The position numbers and the translations under genes are program-made. The notes under the pieces were generated by a model. The model was not told the origin of the DNA and searched no databases. It saw only the letters and a list, made by a program, of their open reading frames with translations. This document shows, one piece after another, positions 1 through 14,608 of a stretch of DNA of 64,000 nucleotides. Location: the NCBI RefSeq assembly GCF_009914755.1, contig NC_060946.1; one strand, given 5' to 3'. Within the stretch, counting starts at the first letter, position 1; each line of letters begins with the position of its first letter. This DNA comes from the human T2T-CHM13v2.0 reference genome, Homo sapiens.

Positions 1-7
1 GATTATA

Positions 8-776
<769 letters not shown>

Positions 777-850
777 TACATAGAAATGGGTCACATGGAA
801 GAACTCCTACATGCCTGTGCAATGTTGACAATCAGATTGTCTCATTTTCT

Positions 851-1173
<323 letters not shown>

Positions 1174-1524
1174 GAGTTTGTCTCATTTTCTAGCCTTGTG
1201 CATACGCCTCCCTACCTGGATTACTTGTCATCATGGAATGAAGCTTCTACATTCTAATGTCCTTCAGGCTCTAGACCCGGAGGTTGGATAAGGTTCCCTT
1301 GTTCTGTAATACAAACTGTCCTGGGAAAGATGGAAAAGCCACATCCGGTGTTGTTGGCAAACAAACCATGGAGACCTCACCTTGATGTTGATCCTACATG
1401 ACCTTTCTGTTCCAGGGGCATTCAGATGATGTTATGGGAGACGCTTTGAAGATCAGATGCTAGGTCTTAGAAGAAAGACCATCTGTAAAGAATCCTTTGC
1501 TTTCTCGCCTAGCATATCAGTAGA

Positions 1525-1550
1525 TCGATCTATTAATCTATCTATCTGTG

Positions 1551-1598
<48 letters not shown>

Positions 1599-1720
1599 AT
1601 CTATTTACCTACCTACCTACCTACATATCCGTCCTGTCTATATCTATCATCTTTCTATCCATCTATCTATCTGTCTCTATGTATCCATCTGTCTCTATCT
1701 TTATCTTGCTAGCTAGCTAT
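1525..1720. repeat. (TATC)n tetranucleotide microsatellite with degenerate flanks
   Basis: Perfect (TATC)12 at 1551-1598, plus TACC/TGTC variant units. Confidence 0.95.
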
Positions 1721-1914
1721 CGTTCTTTTATATTGCTTCATTTAATCAATCAAGCATTCATTTGGCATGTTCTATGTACTGAGAAGAACTGTGTTCACAG
1801 GTTGTGGATTCAATGATAGATGGTCTATTTTTGAATCCACAACCTATGGATTTGAAGAAAGATAGTCTTTAGGAAGCATGTTTACATGGGATATAAATGT
1901 ATGCTTAATACTCA

Positions 1915-2435
<521 letters not shown>

Positions 2436-3072
2436 TTTGCTTGCTTGCTTGGTTGATTGATTTTGTCTGTACTGTACTAAACTTAGTTTGGGGACTAAAT
2501 ATACAAATACAAATCATACATATATACCCATTGTTTTTAGGAGCCTACGTCTTCTGGGAAAAGCAGGTGTGTTTGGTAATTAGAAGTGTTTGATAATACC
2601 CAGGGAGGTATTTATAAGCACTGTGGGTGTCTAGTGTGCTGGGCCTAAATCAGCCTGAAAAATAAGAGGTATCATCTGTGGATTTTCAAGTCCTTTATCC
2701 CATTTAACCCCCTAGAGAACCCTGAGAGGTTGGAAATATTGCCCCATTTCAACAGAAGGCCCAGAAAAATCAAGGCACAGTGGCCAGCATTCTCTGCTGC
2801 ACCTGGAAGGTACTAGACACCCTGAGGCATCCTTGCTAGCGTACTCCTCATGGGTGAGGCCTAAGCTGTGGCCACTGCAGAGGTCCAGATACTTCCAGGA
2901 AGGTCTGATTGTCAGTGAGGCAGTCTCTGTGTGCAGCCAGGAATCTCTGAGTGCAAAGGACAGAGGAATAGAAATCTAGCAGGACAGGCTTGGCTCCAAT
3001 CCCACATCTCAGGGCCAGAGAGCAGAAGAGATTCTGAATGGAGTGAGATGACCATCTCTGGTCTCTTACTTA

Positions 3073-3441
3073 GGCCCAGTCCACAGGCTCATGTCTGGGG
3101 CCCCGGGGGAGTGAGGGCAGCAAAGAAGAACAGACAATGGGCTCCACGCAGACCTCTGCAACACACTGGAGCCTGAGCCCAATGCTGCACGACCCATCAA
3201 CTACAAGAAGGAGGGAGAAGGTGTATGACCCCCCCTACACCCGCAACTCTCCCATGATCTCCATGGAGACCCAAAGATATACACTGCAGCACCCAGCAAA
3301 GATGTGGTACTTGGTAAGGACAGTGGTACCCACCTGTTCCACAGGGAACATACTAATCATGTCTGAGATAGCCCCTGAGATGGGCTTGAATACCCGGCTG
3401 TGGAGAAGTTATAAGAGCTGAGGTCCTATGGAGCCAAGAGG
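3073..3441 (+). pseudogene. Possible decayed coding-sequence fragment, parent unidentified
   Basis: One frame shows C/G-rich third positions, a TpG excess at codon junctions and mostly TGA stops. I cannot name a parent protein. Confidence 0.25.
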
Positions 3442-3739
3442 CAGTCAAGTTGGTATTTATTTATGCATTTACAACTATTAATGGGGCACCTTTTATGCCC
3501 ACAGACTGCTGAGGCCCGGATTAAGCTAGCACAAGAGTTTGATAAGAGGACAACTAACCCTGTGCTTTGAAAATCCAATTCACATTTCTTGAGTATGACT
3601 ATGTCCTAGGCAGTGGGGATATAAAGGAGAATAACATAACACCATCTATTGGAGACACCAATGAGAAAACCAGAATTGTAGTTCAACGCAATAAAGGCTA
3701 TGCTGGTAATACTTGTGATAATCCCTGAACCAACTGGTA

Positions 3740-4650
3740 TGGCCAATCATAGGCATGAGATCTCAGCTAGTCCAGTCAGAGTGAATCTCAGAGCTCTTTA
3801 CTGTCTAAAAAGCTTGTTCTTTTTTCTTCTAGGTGTTGGAGTGTGGATATGAGTCATGGAACTCTGGGGCTATGTTGCTGCCAGGTAAGAATCTGTTCTA
3901 GGAAGGATAAAATCAATGGACATAGAAAGGCAGACTGGAGAAGGGAAAGGGAGCTGAGCCCTGCTGATAGAGTAAACCTCTGGATTAAACTATGCCTGAA
4001 GCCCACATTCCTGTTTGACTTTTCATTTATATAAGCTGTATTACTCAGGGTTCTCCAAAGAAACAGAAACAAGCAGAAATACATATATTTCTTTATAGAG
4101 AGTTATATAGAAAGAGATTTATTATGAGCGATTGGCTCATGTGACTATGGAGACTGAGATGTCCCATGCTCTGCTGTCTGCAAGCTGGAGGCCCAGGAAA
4201 GCGGGTGGTGTAGTTCGACAATCTGAAGTTGAAGGCCCCAAAACCAGGGGTGCCAATGGTGTAAGTCCCACTTTGAGTACAAAGGCTTGAGAGCCAGAAT
4301 CACTGATGTTCGAGGGCAGAAGAAGACAGATGTCCCAGCTCAAGCAGAGAGAAAATTCTCCCTTTCTCTGACTTTTTCGTCTATTCAGGCCCTCAATGGA
4401 TTGGATGGTGTCCACCTGCATAATTGAAGGTGGATCTTCTTTACTCAGTCGACTGATTCAAATGCTGATCTCTTCCAGCAACACCCTCACAGACACACCA
4501 GAAATAATGTTTTACCAGCTATCTGTGTATCCCTTAGCCCAGTAAAACTGACACATACAATTAACTATCACATAAGCCAATACTCTTTATTGTTTAAGGC
4601 CATTCGAAGTGGGTTTGTCACAACTTGCAATTGACAGCATCTTACAACAC
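3740..4650 (+). mobile_element. MLT1J/K-type MaLR LTR, split by an MLT2 LTR
   Basis: tggattaaactatgcctgaagcc...gacttttcattta and the 3' end ...gtgggtttgtcacaacttgcaa resemble old MLT1 LTRs; boundaries approximate. Confidence 0.55.
4037..4572 (-). mobile_element. MLT2 (ERVL) solo LTR
   Basis: TG...CA ends (tgtattactcagggttctcc ... ttaactatcaca); exact 5-bp TSD TAAGC at 4032-4036 and 4573-4577. Confidence 0.85.
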
Positions 4651-4884
4651 AGTAAAGACAGAGTGGAAGATTCAGGTCCTTAAAGGCTATAAAATGCCTT
4701 GAGTACTCATTTAACAAATTGCAACTCTTTCTTCAAAGTCATGGGGGACTTCTTGAAGCAAAGGGTGGGGTAAATGATCAGGTTCTTGTATTTTAAATAT
4801 CTTGCTGGCTCCAATGTGGAAGCTGGATTGAAGTAGGGCAATAGCGAACAAGAGGAGCAATATGGGACTCAGGGGAAGTTTAAC

Positions 4885-5560
4885 AATTGCCTAAGTAATG
4901 AGTGTAATATGGTATCCTGAATGAAACCATGGACCAGAAAAAGGACATTAGGTAAAAACTAAAGAAATCTGAAAAGTACAGACTGTAGTTAACAACTGTT
5001 TTAGTCCATTTTGTGTTGCTATAACACAATACCACAGACTGGGTAATTTATAAAGAAAAGAAATGTATTTGGCTCATGATTCTGCAGGCTGGAAAGTCCA
5101 AGAGCATGGCACCAGTATCTGGCAAGGACCTTTGTGCTGTGTCATCCCATGGCAAAAGGTGGAAGAGTAAGCGAGCATGTGAGAAAAAGGAAATCAGGCT
5201 GAACTCATCCTTTTGTCAGGAGCCCACTCCTGCAATAGCTAACCTACCTCCCCCATGACAGCATTAATCCATTTATGAAGACAAAGTCCTCATGATCAAA
5301 TCACCTCTTAAGTGGTCCCACCTCTTAATACCATCACAATGGCAATGAAATTTCAACATTAGTTTTGGAGGGGACATCCAAACTATAGCAATAATGATGT
5401 ATGAATATTAGTTCATTAATTGTAAATAGTGTATCATCTGAATGTAAGATGTTAACAATAGGGGAAACTGGGTGTGTGGTTTGTTGGAGCACTCTGCACT
5501 ACCTTTGCAATTTTTCAGTAAATCTAAGACTATTCTAAAACAAAAAGGTTATTTTAAATT
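4885..5560 (+). mobile_element. Old L1M (L1MC/ME) 3'UTR fragment interrupted by an MST LTR
   Basis: ggtatcctgaatgaaaccatggaccagaaaaaggacattag and ggggaaactgggtg...ctctgcactacctttgcaatttttc motifs. Confidence 0.65.
4997..5390 (-). mobile_element. MST-type MaLR solo LTR
   Basis: tgttttagtccattttgtgttgctataac...gggacatccaaactatagca. Confidence 0.8.
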
Positions 5561-6310
5561 ACCTTTAAAAAGCAGCTAAAAATGTTTTGGTTTCAATGTC
5601 TTTATGCTTTCATGTCTATTCCTTTATTGATCTGCAAGTATTTATTGAGCACCTACTCTATGCCAGACTGTGGGCTGCGTCCAGGGAATGAGCTAATATC
5701 TTGCTTCGGCTCAGGAAAACATTAATGGTTTTATCTTCTATCTTATTCACATGACTATGAGGTCCACAAGTCAATGGCCCAAAACTCTGGCTGGCGTCCC
5801 TGTCCCAGCCTTGCCAGTGACTGTTAACTATGACTTCACCTCTCTTGGCCTCTATTTCTTCCTATGTCATTTACAAAGACTTGTGCCTGCTTCACCTACA
5901 TCAGTCATAAATCATGAGGCTGAAATGGGCACCAGAACATAAAATCAGGCCATGGCTTGAATGGACTTTAATGGCTATCCAGGCCAACCACTATTTGATA
6001 CACAGGGAAACTGAGGCCCAGAGAGGGCAAGTGACTGGCACAAAGTCACACAGCTAAAACCAGAAATCAGACCTTCTCGTGCTTTCCACTATAGAAGGCT
6101 GGAAGTATCCTGGAAAGTTTAAAAGCTTATGTAGGTAAATGCAAAGACAAATTTCTGTTTTTAAGAGTTCCAAAATTGCTAAATTCAGACACTTTGGGTT
6201 TGTATCTTTGGCAAATTCAGGTGGGTTTTGGCCATCAACTGAAATTTGAATCTAAAAGGCAATAAAGCAGAATATGGGTTCTCAGTCTGCTTACCTCTCT
6301 TTCTGCATAC

Positions 6311-6640
<330 letters not shown>

Positions 6641-7562
6641 TAACTTTATTTTGTGAGCCTAGTTTCACCCTACTCTATATGATTTGGCCAAGGTAGTAAT
6701 TTCTCCTTGTAGGGAGAGAGCAATGCTGTCAGTAGCATCTCTCCCTCCCCGTCTCACCATGCTCCCGTTTCTGGGAATCCTAATAGTCTTCAATAGTAGG
6801 GCTGCAGGAAGAGGGATGACAACAGGTAGCCAAAGGACTGGAACTGCCTGGCTCAGGGATCTCCAAGGCTGGCCTGTGGCCAGTTGGTAGCACAGGTTAG
6901 TGATTATGTCCAGAGAGCTTAGATGCAAACTCTGTGATACAAATTCTAGCATTTCCTGGCAGCAAAACATCAGGCAAGTTATTCATTCACCCTGTACTTC
7001 TGTTTCCTCATCTGTAAAATGGGGACCACCCTTACCTCATGGGAGCACTGAGAGAATTAAATGAGATAATACATGAAACGTGCTTAGCACAGGTTGTGAC
7101 GTATCATAAGAGTTTAAAATTACTGGTTCAGGTCCCTAAACTTATCCAATCCACAAGTTTTACGCTCATGAAAACTGAGGCCCAGAGAGGTGGTAAGACC
7201 TCCTGGGAGGCAGTGACCTGCTGCCACTGGAGTCCTTGAATATTCACAGACCATGACGGGCCCTAAGAAGGTCCTTGTGGTGGTTTCACTGGGGTGGAAG
7301 GATCCTGCTCTCCAATCCTCACCTTCCTATCCCATTTCCATTAGTCTTCACTTCTGGCCCCTTAATATTTCATCCATCCCTACTAGATCTGCATCCCTGG
7401 TGCCTTCCTGTCATTTCCCTTGTTTCTTTCCCACCACACCACAGAGAATAATTAAAGGTCCTTGGCTAGGAGTGATGAAGCTTGGGGGAGGAGGAGGGTG
7501 GAGAATCAGAGGCACAAGACTCTTTGACCATTATGCAGTGAGTGGTATAAAAGAGAAAGTGG

Positions 7563-8115
7563 AATCCACTTCTGCATATAAACCCAAAAGAATTGAAAGC
7601 AGGGTCTCAAAGAGGCATTCGTACACCCATATTGATAGCAGCATTATTCACAATAGCTAAATGGGGAAACAACGCAAGGGTCCATCCAGCGATGCATGGA
7701 TAAACAAAATGTCATCTATCCATACAGTGGAATACTCTTCAGCCTTAAAACAGAAGGAAATTATGACACATGCTACAACATGGATGAACCTTGAAGATAT
7801 TATGCTAAATGAAATCAGCCAGTCACAAAAAGACAAATACTGTGTGATTCTATTTCAATGAAGTGCCCAGAATAGGCAAATTCATAGACAGGAAATAGAA
7901 TGGTAGTTGCCAAAGGCTACAGGGAAAGGGGAGATGGGACTTATTGTTTACTTGGTAGAGAGTTTCAGTTTTGCAAGACGAAGACTTCTGGAGATGGATG
8001 GTGGTTATGGTTATACAATAACACGAGTAAATGAATGCCACTGAATTGTACACTTAAAAATGGTTGAGATGGTACATTTTACATTATGTGGTTTTTTTTT
8101 ACAATTAAAAAGGAA
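7563..8115 (+). mobile_element. L1MB 3' end
   Basis: L1 ORF2 C-terminal remnant (THATTWMNLEDIMLNEISQSQKDKYC) followed by L1MB-type 3'UTR and A-rich end. Confidence 0.85.
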
Positions 8116-8670
8116 AAAGGAAGGTGGGAGAGCTCTAAAATGAGAAGGTAACAGTTTGATTAACTGTTACCAGTTTAATTAGCTGATGAGTGGCATGAAT
8201 GTACAACTTCCGTTTTGAACGTGGCTCATATCTCCTGTGTTCCTATCCCAGCTCTATCACTTTCTTGCTGAGTGACCTTGAGCAAGTTGCTTGACCCCTC
8301 TGAGACTCTTTCCTCACCTATAAAATACAGATAATCAGAGTACGTATGTCACAGGGTTGTTGTGAAAATGAAATGACATTAGCACAGAGCCTGGCATATT
8401 TACTTTTCATTTAGCAAATTGGTTAAGCTCCTACTATGTGCCAGTAAGTGCTGAAGATGCAACAGTGAACAAAACAGACAAAAGTCTCTGCCCCTATGGA
8501 GTTTATATGTCCATGTGCATTAGCCTGCATTTCCCAGAAAGCAGAACATGAAGCTAAGGCTTATGTATTGCTCTTTTACAAGTGGGGGTACTCAGATGCC
8601 TCCAGCATCTACAGCTAAGAACACTTTCAGGCAAATACAGTTCTGCTGATCATCCCTAGGAGGACAATCA

Positions 8671-9264
8671 TGTTATAGAACCAACAGGTTTGTATGTCCA
8701 CTGTGCAGTAACAGACCAATTACACTGAGACAGCAAGGTTTGCAACAGAGAAAAAGATCCATGATCATAGGGCACTGAGTGAGGAGATGGGAGGAGACCC
8801 TCAAATCCGTCTCCCCAAGGAGTTATGGGCTGGGTTTTTTAAGGGGATCATGGAGGGTGAGGGACTTCAGAATTGGGGCTGTTGATTGATCAGGGAAAGG
8901 GGGCTGAAATCATCAGGATGTGAAAACTGCATTCTTCGGCAGTCAGATTCTCATTGGGTCCTTCAGATTGGCTAGTGTTATAGTCTTATTAGTATGCAGG
9001 ACCTGAAGGACTATCTCAAAAAGAAAACTTACTGTTTTGTAGTGTTCAGTTTTTTATCTATAGAGCAGTTAAGGGGAGCTATAATCTTGTAACAGAGTCT
9101 ACGTGATTGTAGGACAATAGGCACCACACAAATATGAGGAAGCAGGTCAGAGAGCGGGCTGACTTAATGATTAATGCTGAATGTGCTACAAGCTTGTTTC
9201 ATTTTCATTTCTCCTCCTCCCTTTTTTCCTGATTAATTTAATAAAGTTCATAGGGGAGGCTTCA
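8671..9264 (-). mobile_element. ERV1 solo LTR (LTR26-like)
   Basis: TG...CA termini; minus strand starts tgaagcctcccctatgaactttattaaattaatcagg; 594 bp. Confidence 0.7.
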
Positions 9265-9567
9265 AACACATGAGAAATTAAAACCTTTATTACCAGAGTC
9301 AGAGCCTGACTATATTGATTGAGTGAAGCTTTCCTTTATAAAATGCAAAGCATGTAAACAATTCCAACACAGTAACATATTCATGAGTTTTTAAATTCAT
9401 GAGTTTTAGAGAAAATATTTTACTTAAAACCAGCACTTGATGATCTCTGACAATGTTATGTAGCCTGAACCTGGAGTTTTGGCTGATGGGTTGTCTCAGC
9501 CTGTGACAGGTTTTAGCTGGCTTTGGTTCATCTTGTATCACACCCCCACACTCACATGCTCACACAC

Positions 9568-9788
9568 TGTCTTAGTCAGCTCGGGCTGCCATCACAAAAT
9601 ACCATAGACTGGGAGGCTCAAATAACAGAAACTTATTTCTCACAGATCTGGAGGCTGGGAAGTCCAAGGTCAAGGTGCCAGCAGACTCAGTTCCCCAGTG
9701 AGGGCTCTCTTCCTGTCTTGCAGGTGTCCACCTTCTTACTGTGTCCTATGGCAGAGAGAGAGAGACTGAGAGAGAGAGAGGGATAGGA

Positions 9789-9828
<40 letters not shown>

Positions 9829-10010
9829 TGCACATTGCCCTGGTCTCTTCATCTTCTTAGAAGAACACGGATCCCATCATGGGAACCTGGCCCCCATGAC
9901 TTCATCTAAACCTAATTACTTCCCAAATGTTCCCATTTCCAAAAACATCACATTGGGGATTACAGCTTTAACATGAATTTTAGGGAGACAGAAACATTCG
10001 GTCCATAATA
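9568..10010 (-). mobile_element. MaLR LTR (MLT1A/MSTC-like) with internal (GA)n at ~9754-9828
   Basis: tgtcttagtcagctcgggctgccatcacaaaataccatagactggg...aaacattcggtccataata. Confidence 0.8.
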
Positions 10011-10099
10011 CATGCCCTGTGATATACCCCCATAAAATAAATACACTGAGTGGCTGTTGGGTTTGTCTTCAGGTGGAAGGGTCTGATCCTCTGAGCTTC

Positions 10100-10312
10100 C
10101 AGATAGGGTTCTTGAATGATCCACACCACATCTGCTTCAGTGTTGTCCAAGAAGCTGGCACAAAAGTACAGACTCTCAGGCCCCACCCTGGACATTTCAA
10201 GTTAGGGTCTCTGGGGCTGGGGCCAGGAATCTGCATTTTGAACCAGTCCTTCCTTCTCCCACTTGCCTGCCCAGAAGATTCTAGCAGCTCCCAAAGCTTG
10301 AGAACCACTGCT
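10100..10312. mobile_element. MER5-type hAT-Charlie element
   Basis: ggggccaggaatctgcatttt...aaagcttgagaaccactg terminal motif. Confidence 0.65.
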
Positions 10313-10596
10313 CTGTACCTCTGCATCCTCTGGAGATTTTCCAAAACTCGTGTGTCTTCTTAAATCAGTTGTTTTTATAATGACTATGACACATAAAGCC
10401 ATGTGATATAACAAAGGCTGAGCTGGATGCAGAAAGGGCCTTCTGACTACAGCAGGCTTTGGAATGTGGATTTAATGAGCTACTACTTTGGTGAGTAGAG
10501 AAAGGGGGAATAAAATCCCAGTGGGTCAGGATTTTTAAAATTGAATTTCTGTTGGAAAGGATAGGGAGAGAAGGGCATTGCTTCCCTAAAAACTAA

Positions 10597-10914
<318 letters not shown>

Positions 10915-11409
10915 AAAGCCCTTTCTTGATCATATAAATGACTCTAGTGTCTTCGTGCTTGGTGACTGCTTTCTGTACCCTGCTACAGATGATGCTGCCT
11001 GTTTGTGAAACAGGACTGATACAACTCTTCTGGAAGGAACTCTTTAATATCTAAATATCAAAACTGTTAATCATTATTATTAGTAATTCATTATTAATAT
11101 GTTAATAGCTCAAGTACTACAATTAACTATTCAACTATTCAGCCCTAGTTTTCCTTTTTTAAATTTATTTTTCCAATAGCAGTGTTGTTTGAATGCCAAC
11201 TTCAGATTTTAGTCTCCTTTCGACTTAGGTGATTGTGAATCTATAAATTCTTAACAAGAAGCAAATGTGTAGAATCTGTAATGCTTAGATTTTGTTATTG
11301 GAGCTATAGAAAATGTTACATTTATGGTGTCAGACTCTATTTAGCTGGTAAGGACAAAGCAAGAGCTAAGGCCAATTACTTGTCATCATCATCATCATCA
11401 TCATCGTCA

Positions 11410-11650
11410 TATTTCTGGAGCATTCACTATTTACCGGGCACTGAGCCAACATTGTATATTCATCATAGCATTTGGTTCTCATAGCAGCTCTATGAGGTTT
11501 GTGCCCACATTATCCCCATTTTGCAGATAAAAAAGCCAAGCCCCAGAAAGGTTAAGTAAATTATTCAAGGTCCACAGCCAGTGTGTGGCAGAACCAGATT
11601 CTGAAATCAGGCAGTCCAATTCCAGAGTTCCAATTCCTAACCATTGTGCT
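11410..11650 (-). mobile_element. MIR preceded by (TCA)n
   Basis: tatccccattttgcagataaaaaagccaagccccagaaaggttaagtaa core; (TCA)7 from 11383. Confidence 0.65.
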
Positions 11651-11989
11651 ATTCAGTCTAATGAAAGGAGCGAAAGATTCAAGGTAGACAACTGTATATT
11701 GTCAAAGGCATGTTCAACACCAGGGTTGCTTGTTTCTAAATAATGTTCAAGTCCATGAACAGCTTTTTGCTAATGTTTGGAGCAACTGATAAAATATATC
11801 AAGCAAAGAAAAGTGTGGACACATCCATGCACACTGGAGAAGTAGCAGAGTGGTTTAATTTTGTGTTGGAGAATCAAAGGCCAGAATGAAAAGGCACTTT
11901 TTACATCCCAAAGGAAAATTCCCATTCAGAAAGACATTGATGGCTTTTTTAGCGGCATCCATTCATCTGCTCTGCAAAGGCATGGGGTC

Positions 11990-12555
11990 ATGTGATTTTG
12001 AGAGTACTGACTCTACTCCCAATGCATGGCAGTCATGTATAATAATTTAGGGGACAGTGATTCCATTCACAGTTCCAGAGGTAAACCCCCCTCCAATTGA
12101 CTAAACCCAATCAGAAAATCCTACTCTTGCATAGGATTGTTTCAGAGATAGGCACAAATCTCATCCTAAGCCAATCAGAGCACGGCACTTCCGTCGGCCA
12201 TGGCGATTGATTCAGAGATGGGCATGTGACTGGTTTGCTCAGTTAGAGTGAAACCTAGGATTTTGTTTGGTAATTGAGATAAAGACACTTTTCTTCAGGA
12301 AGATGTGGTGTACGGAACTGTTCCAGACATTTTGTCACCATGATAAAAGTGAGTCTGAAAAGTAAACCATCATGTTCAGGAAGGCAAAATCAACAGAACT
12401 GCAGAGCAATGGAGTCAGCACCCTGATCAAGCCATTCCTGAAACTAGTGTTGACCCATTTTTATTTACATGAATCAATAAATTCCTTTCACTGTTCACAT
12501 TATTTTAAGCTGGGGTTCTGTTTCTTTCAACTAAAAGCATTCTAGTTGGTACATC
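11990..12555 (+). mobile_element. MLT1J/K/L-type MaLR LTR
   Basis: gattgattcagagatgggcatgtgac...gatcaagccattcctgaa...caataaattcc...; boundaries approximate. Confidence 0.55.
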
Positions 12556-13506
12556 AAGCATTATGCTTGTCATTTAAATACAAGTAGGTTCTAATGGGGA
12601 GATCTGCTCTCATTGTGAGAACACCTTAAAATGGACTCAGCACTTGGGATCAATCTTTAAAAACAAACAAATTAAGTCTAACTACACACTATGTTAATGA
12701 GAAATGGGTGTTTTACTCAAAGTGTTATGGAAACACTGGGGAGAGAATTTACATGACATATGAAAAAGCAAAACTTAATAAGATTCCTCATCACCCATCC
12801 CCATAGGACTTCTGTGATGACACCTCTTTTGCCTTTCCTTTTCCTTTTGCTTTTCTCCCTGAACCTTCTAGCGTCTCCTTAGTCACTGCACTCTCATCCT
12901 CTATTAATGTTCTGCGTGCTGCAACATGCAAAGAAATAAAACAACGGCATCAGTTTAAAAAAAAAAAAAAGGAGGGCCTCTGTCCCTCTAGCCTGTTCCC
13001 AATCCCAACCCAAGGATCTTCCCAGAGAGTAGTTCAGCTGCTGAGTAATATTTCCATATGGTTATCTACTGTGTTCTAGAAATACACAAGGAATGCTCTT
13101 GGGCTCTTGTGCGATCCTCTCATCTTTGCAGCCACTCCCACAAGAAAGAGGACAAATCATTACCTCATTAAGTGAAACTTGAGCTTTACCCAGCTCCAAC
13201 TCCCTCCCTTGGGGAATTTGGAAGAGAGAAATCACAAAGCTGATTGAATGTGGTAGACTTACTTTCTGAGTGATGTTAAGAATAACACATCTTTCTATAA
13301 CCATCTAAAACTATCTTGGGATTCAAATCCTTTCAAGTCAGACAACCTCTTCCAGTTCAAACATTGCCCATGGTTAGCCATTAAATTATTCAGGAATAAA
13401 GAAGGCTCTATGGTTTCTCACTGTGTGCCAGGAATTGTGCTGGGTGCTCAGAGCCCAAAGCTCAGTGAGACACAGGCACTCATATTTGGTAGTAAGAAGT
13501 GGGTAT

Positions 13507-13846
13507 GTAGTTTTCTTTTCTTGTGATGTCTTTATCTGGCTTTGGTATCAGAGTAATGCGACCTCGTACAATGAGTTAGGAAGTGTTCCCTCCTCTTCTA
13601 TTTTTTTTTTTTAACTAGAGTTTGGGAAGGATTTGTGTTCATTCTTCTTTAAATATTTGGTAGAATTTACCAGTCATCTAGTCCTGGGATTTCCTTCTTG
13701 AGAGCTTTTTGATTATGCTTTAATCTCTTACCTTGTTATAAGCCTATTCAGATTTTCTATTTCTTTTTGAGTCAGTTTGGTAGTTTGTGTGTTTCTAGGA
13801 ATTTGTCCATTTCATATAGATGAATTTATTGGTGTACAACACTTCT
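13507..13846 (-). mobile_element. Internal L1M ORF2 fragment flanked by 17-bp direct repeats
   Basis: Antisense match to the ORF2 region around MDKFLET...EEEGTLPNS.YE...LIPKPDKDITRKENY; tagtaagaagtgggtat at 13490-13506 and 13847-13863. Confidence 0.8.
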
Positions 13847-14210
13847 TAGTAAGAAGTGGGTATACAAACTCATCTCTGCTGTATAAGATAAATACTAAAA
13901 TAAAGCTTGACAACAGTGTAACAGAAGCCTGAAGAAAGGAAGGCTTAGTTGTGTTTGAAGTTGGGGAGATGAAATAGATTCACAGGAGAGGTGATTGAAA
14001 CTCATTGGGTGCCATAGAATGAGTAAAAGTTGGTTAGGTGAAGATGTAGGAATGGATAAGCATGTAGGGCATTCCATGTAGGGAAATGATGTGAGTAAAG
14101 GCAGAGAGGAATAAAAATTTCTAGCATGTTCTGAGGCCATGAGGTGGGAAGAACATAAAAGAGTTTCTAGAAAAAAAAAGAGAGAAAAAAAAGAGAGGGT
14201 AAGATTATGA

Positions 14211-14608
<398 letters not shown>

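Noticed and set aside
1457-1816. 119-aa hydrophobic ORF (SIYL repeats)
   Set aside because: Translation of the (TATC)n microsatellite.
3137-3421. DPPY tetrapeptide (adenine methyltransferase motif IV) in a 94-aa ORF
   Set aside because: No other methyltransferase motifs; a 4-residue match is expected by chance.
9437-9450. C box (TGATGA) and D box (CTGA) suggesting a C/D snoRNA
   Set aside because: The boxes are only a few nt apart, with no terminal stem seen and no host-intron context.
12935-12970. AATAAA followed 16 nt later by A14, resembling a retrocopy 3' end
   Set aside because: No TSD or recognisable upstream mRNA sequence found; the flank looks like old repeat-derived DNA.
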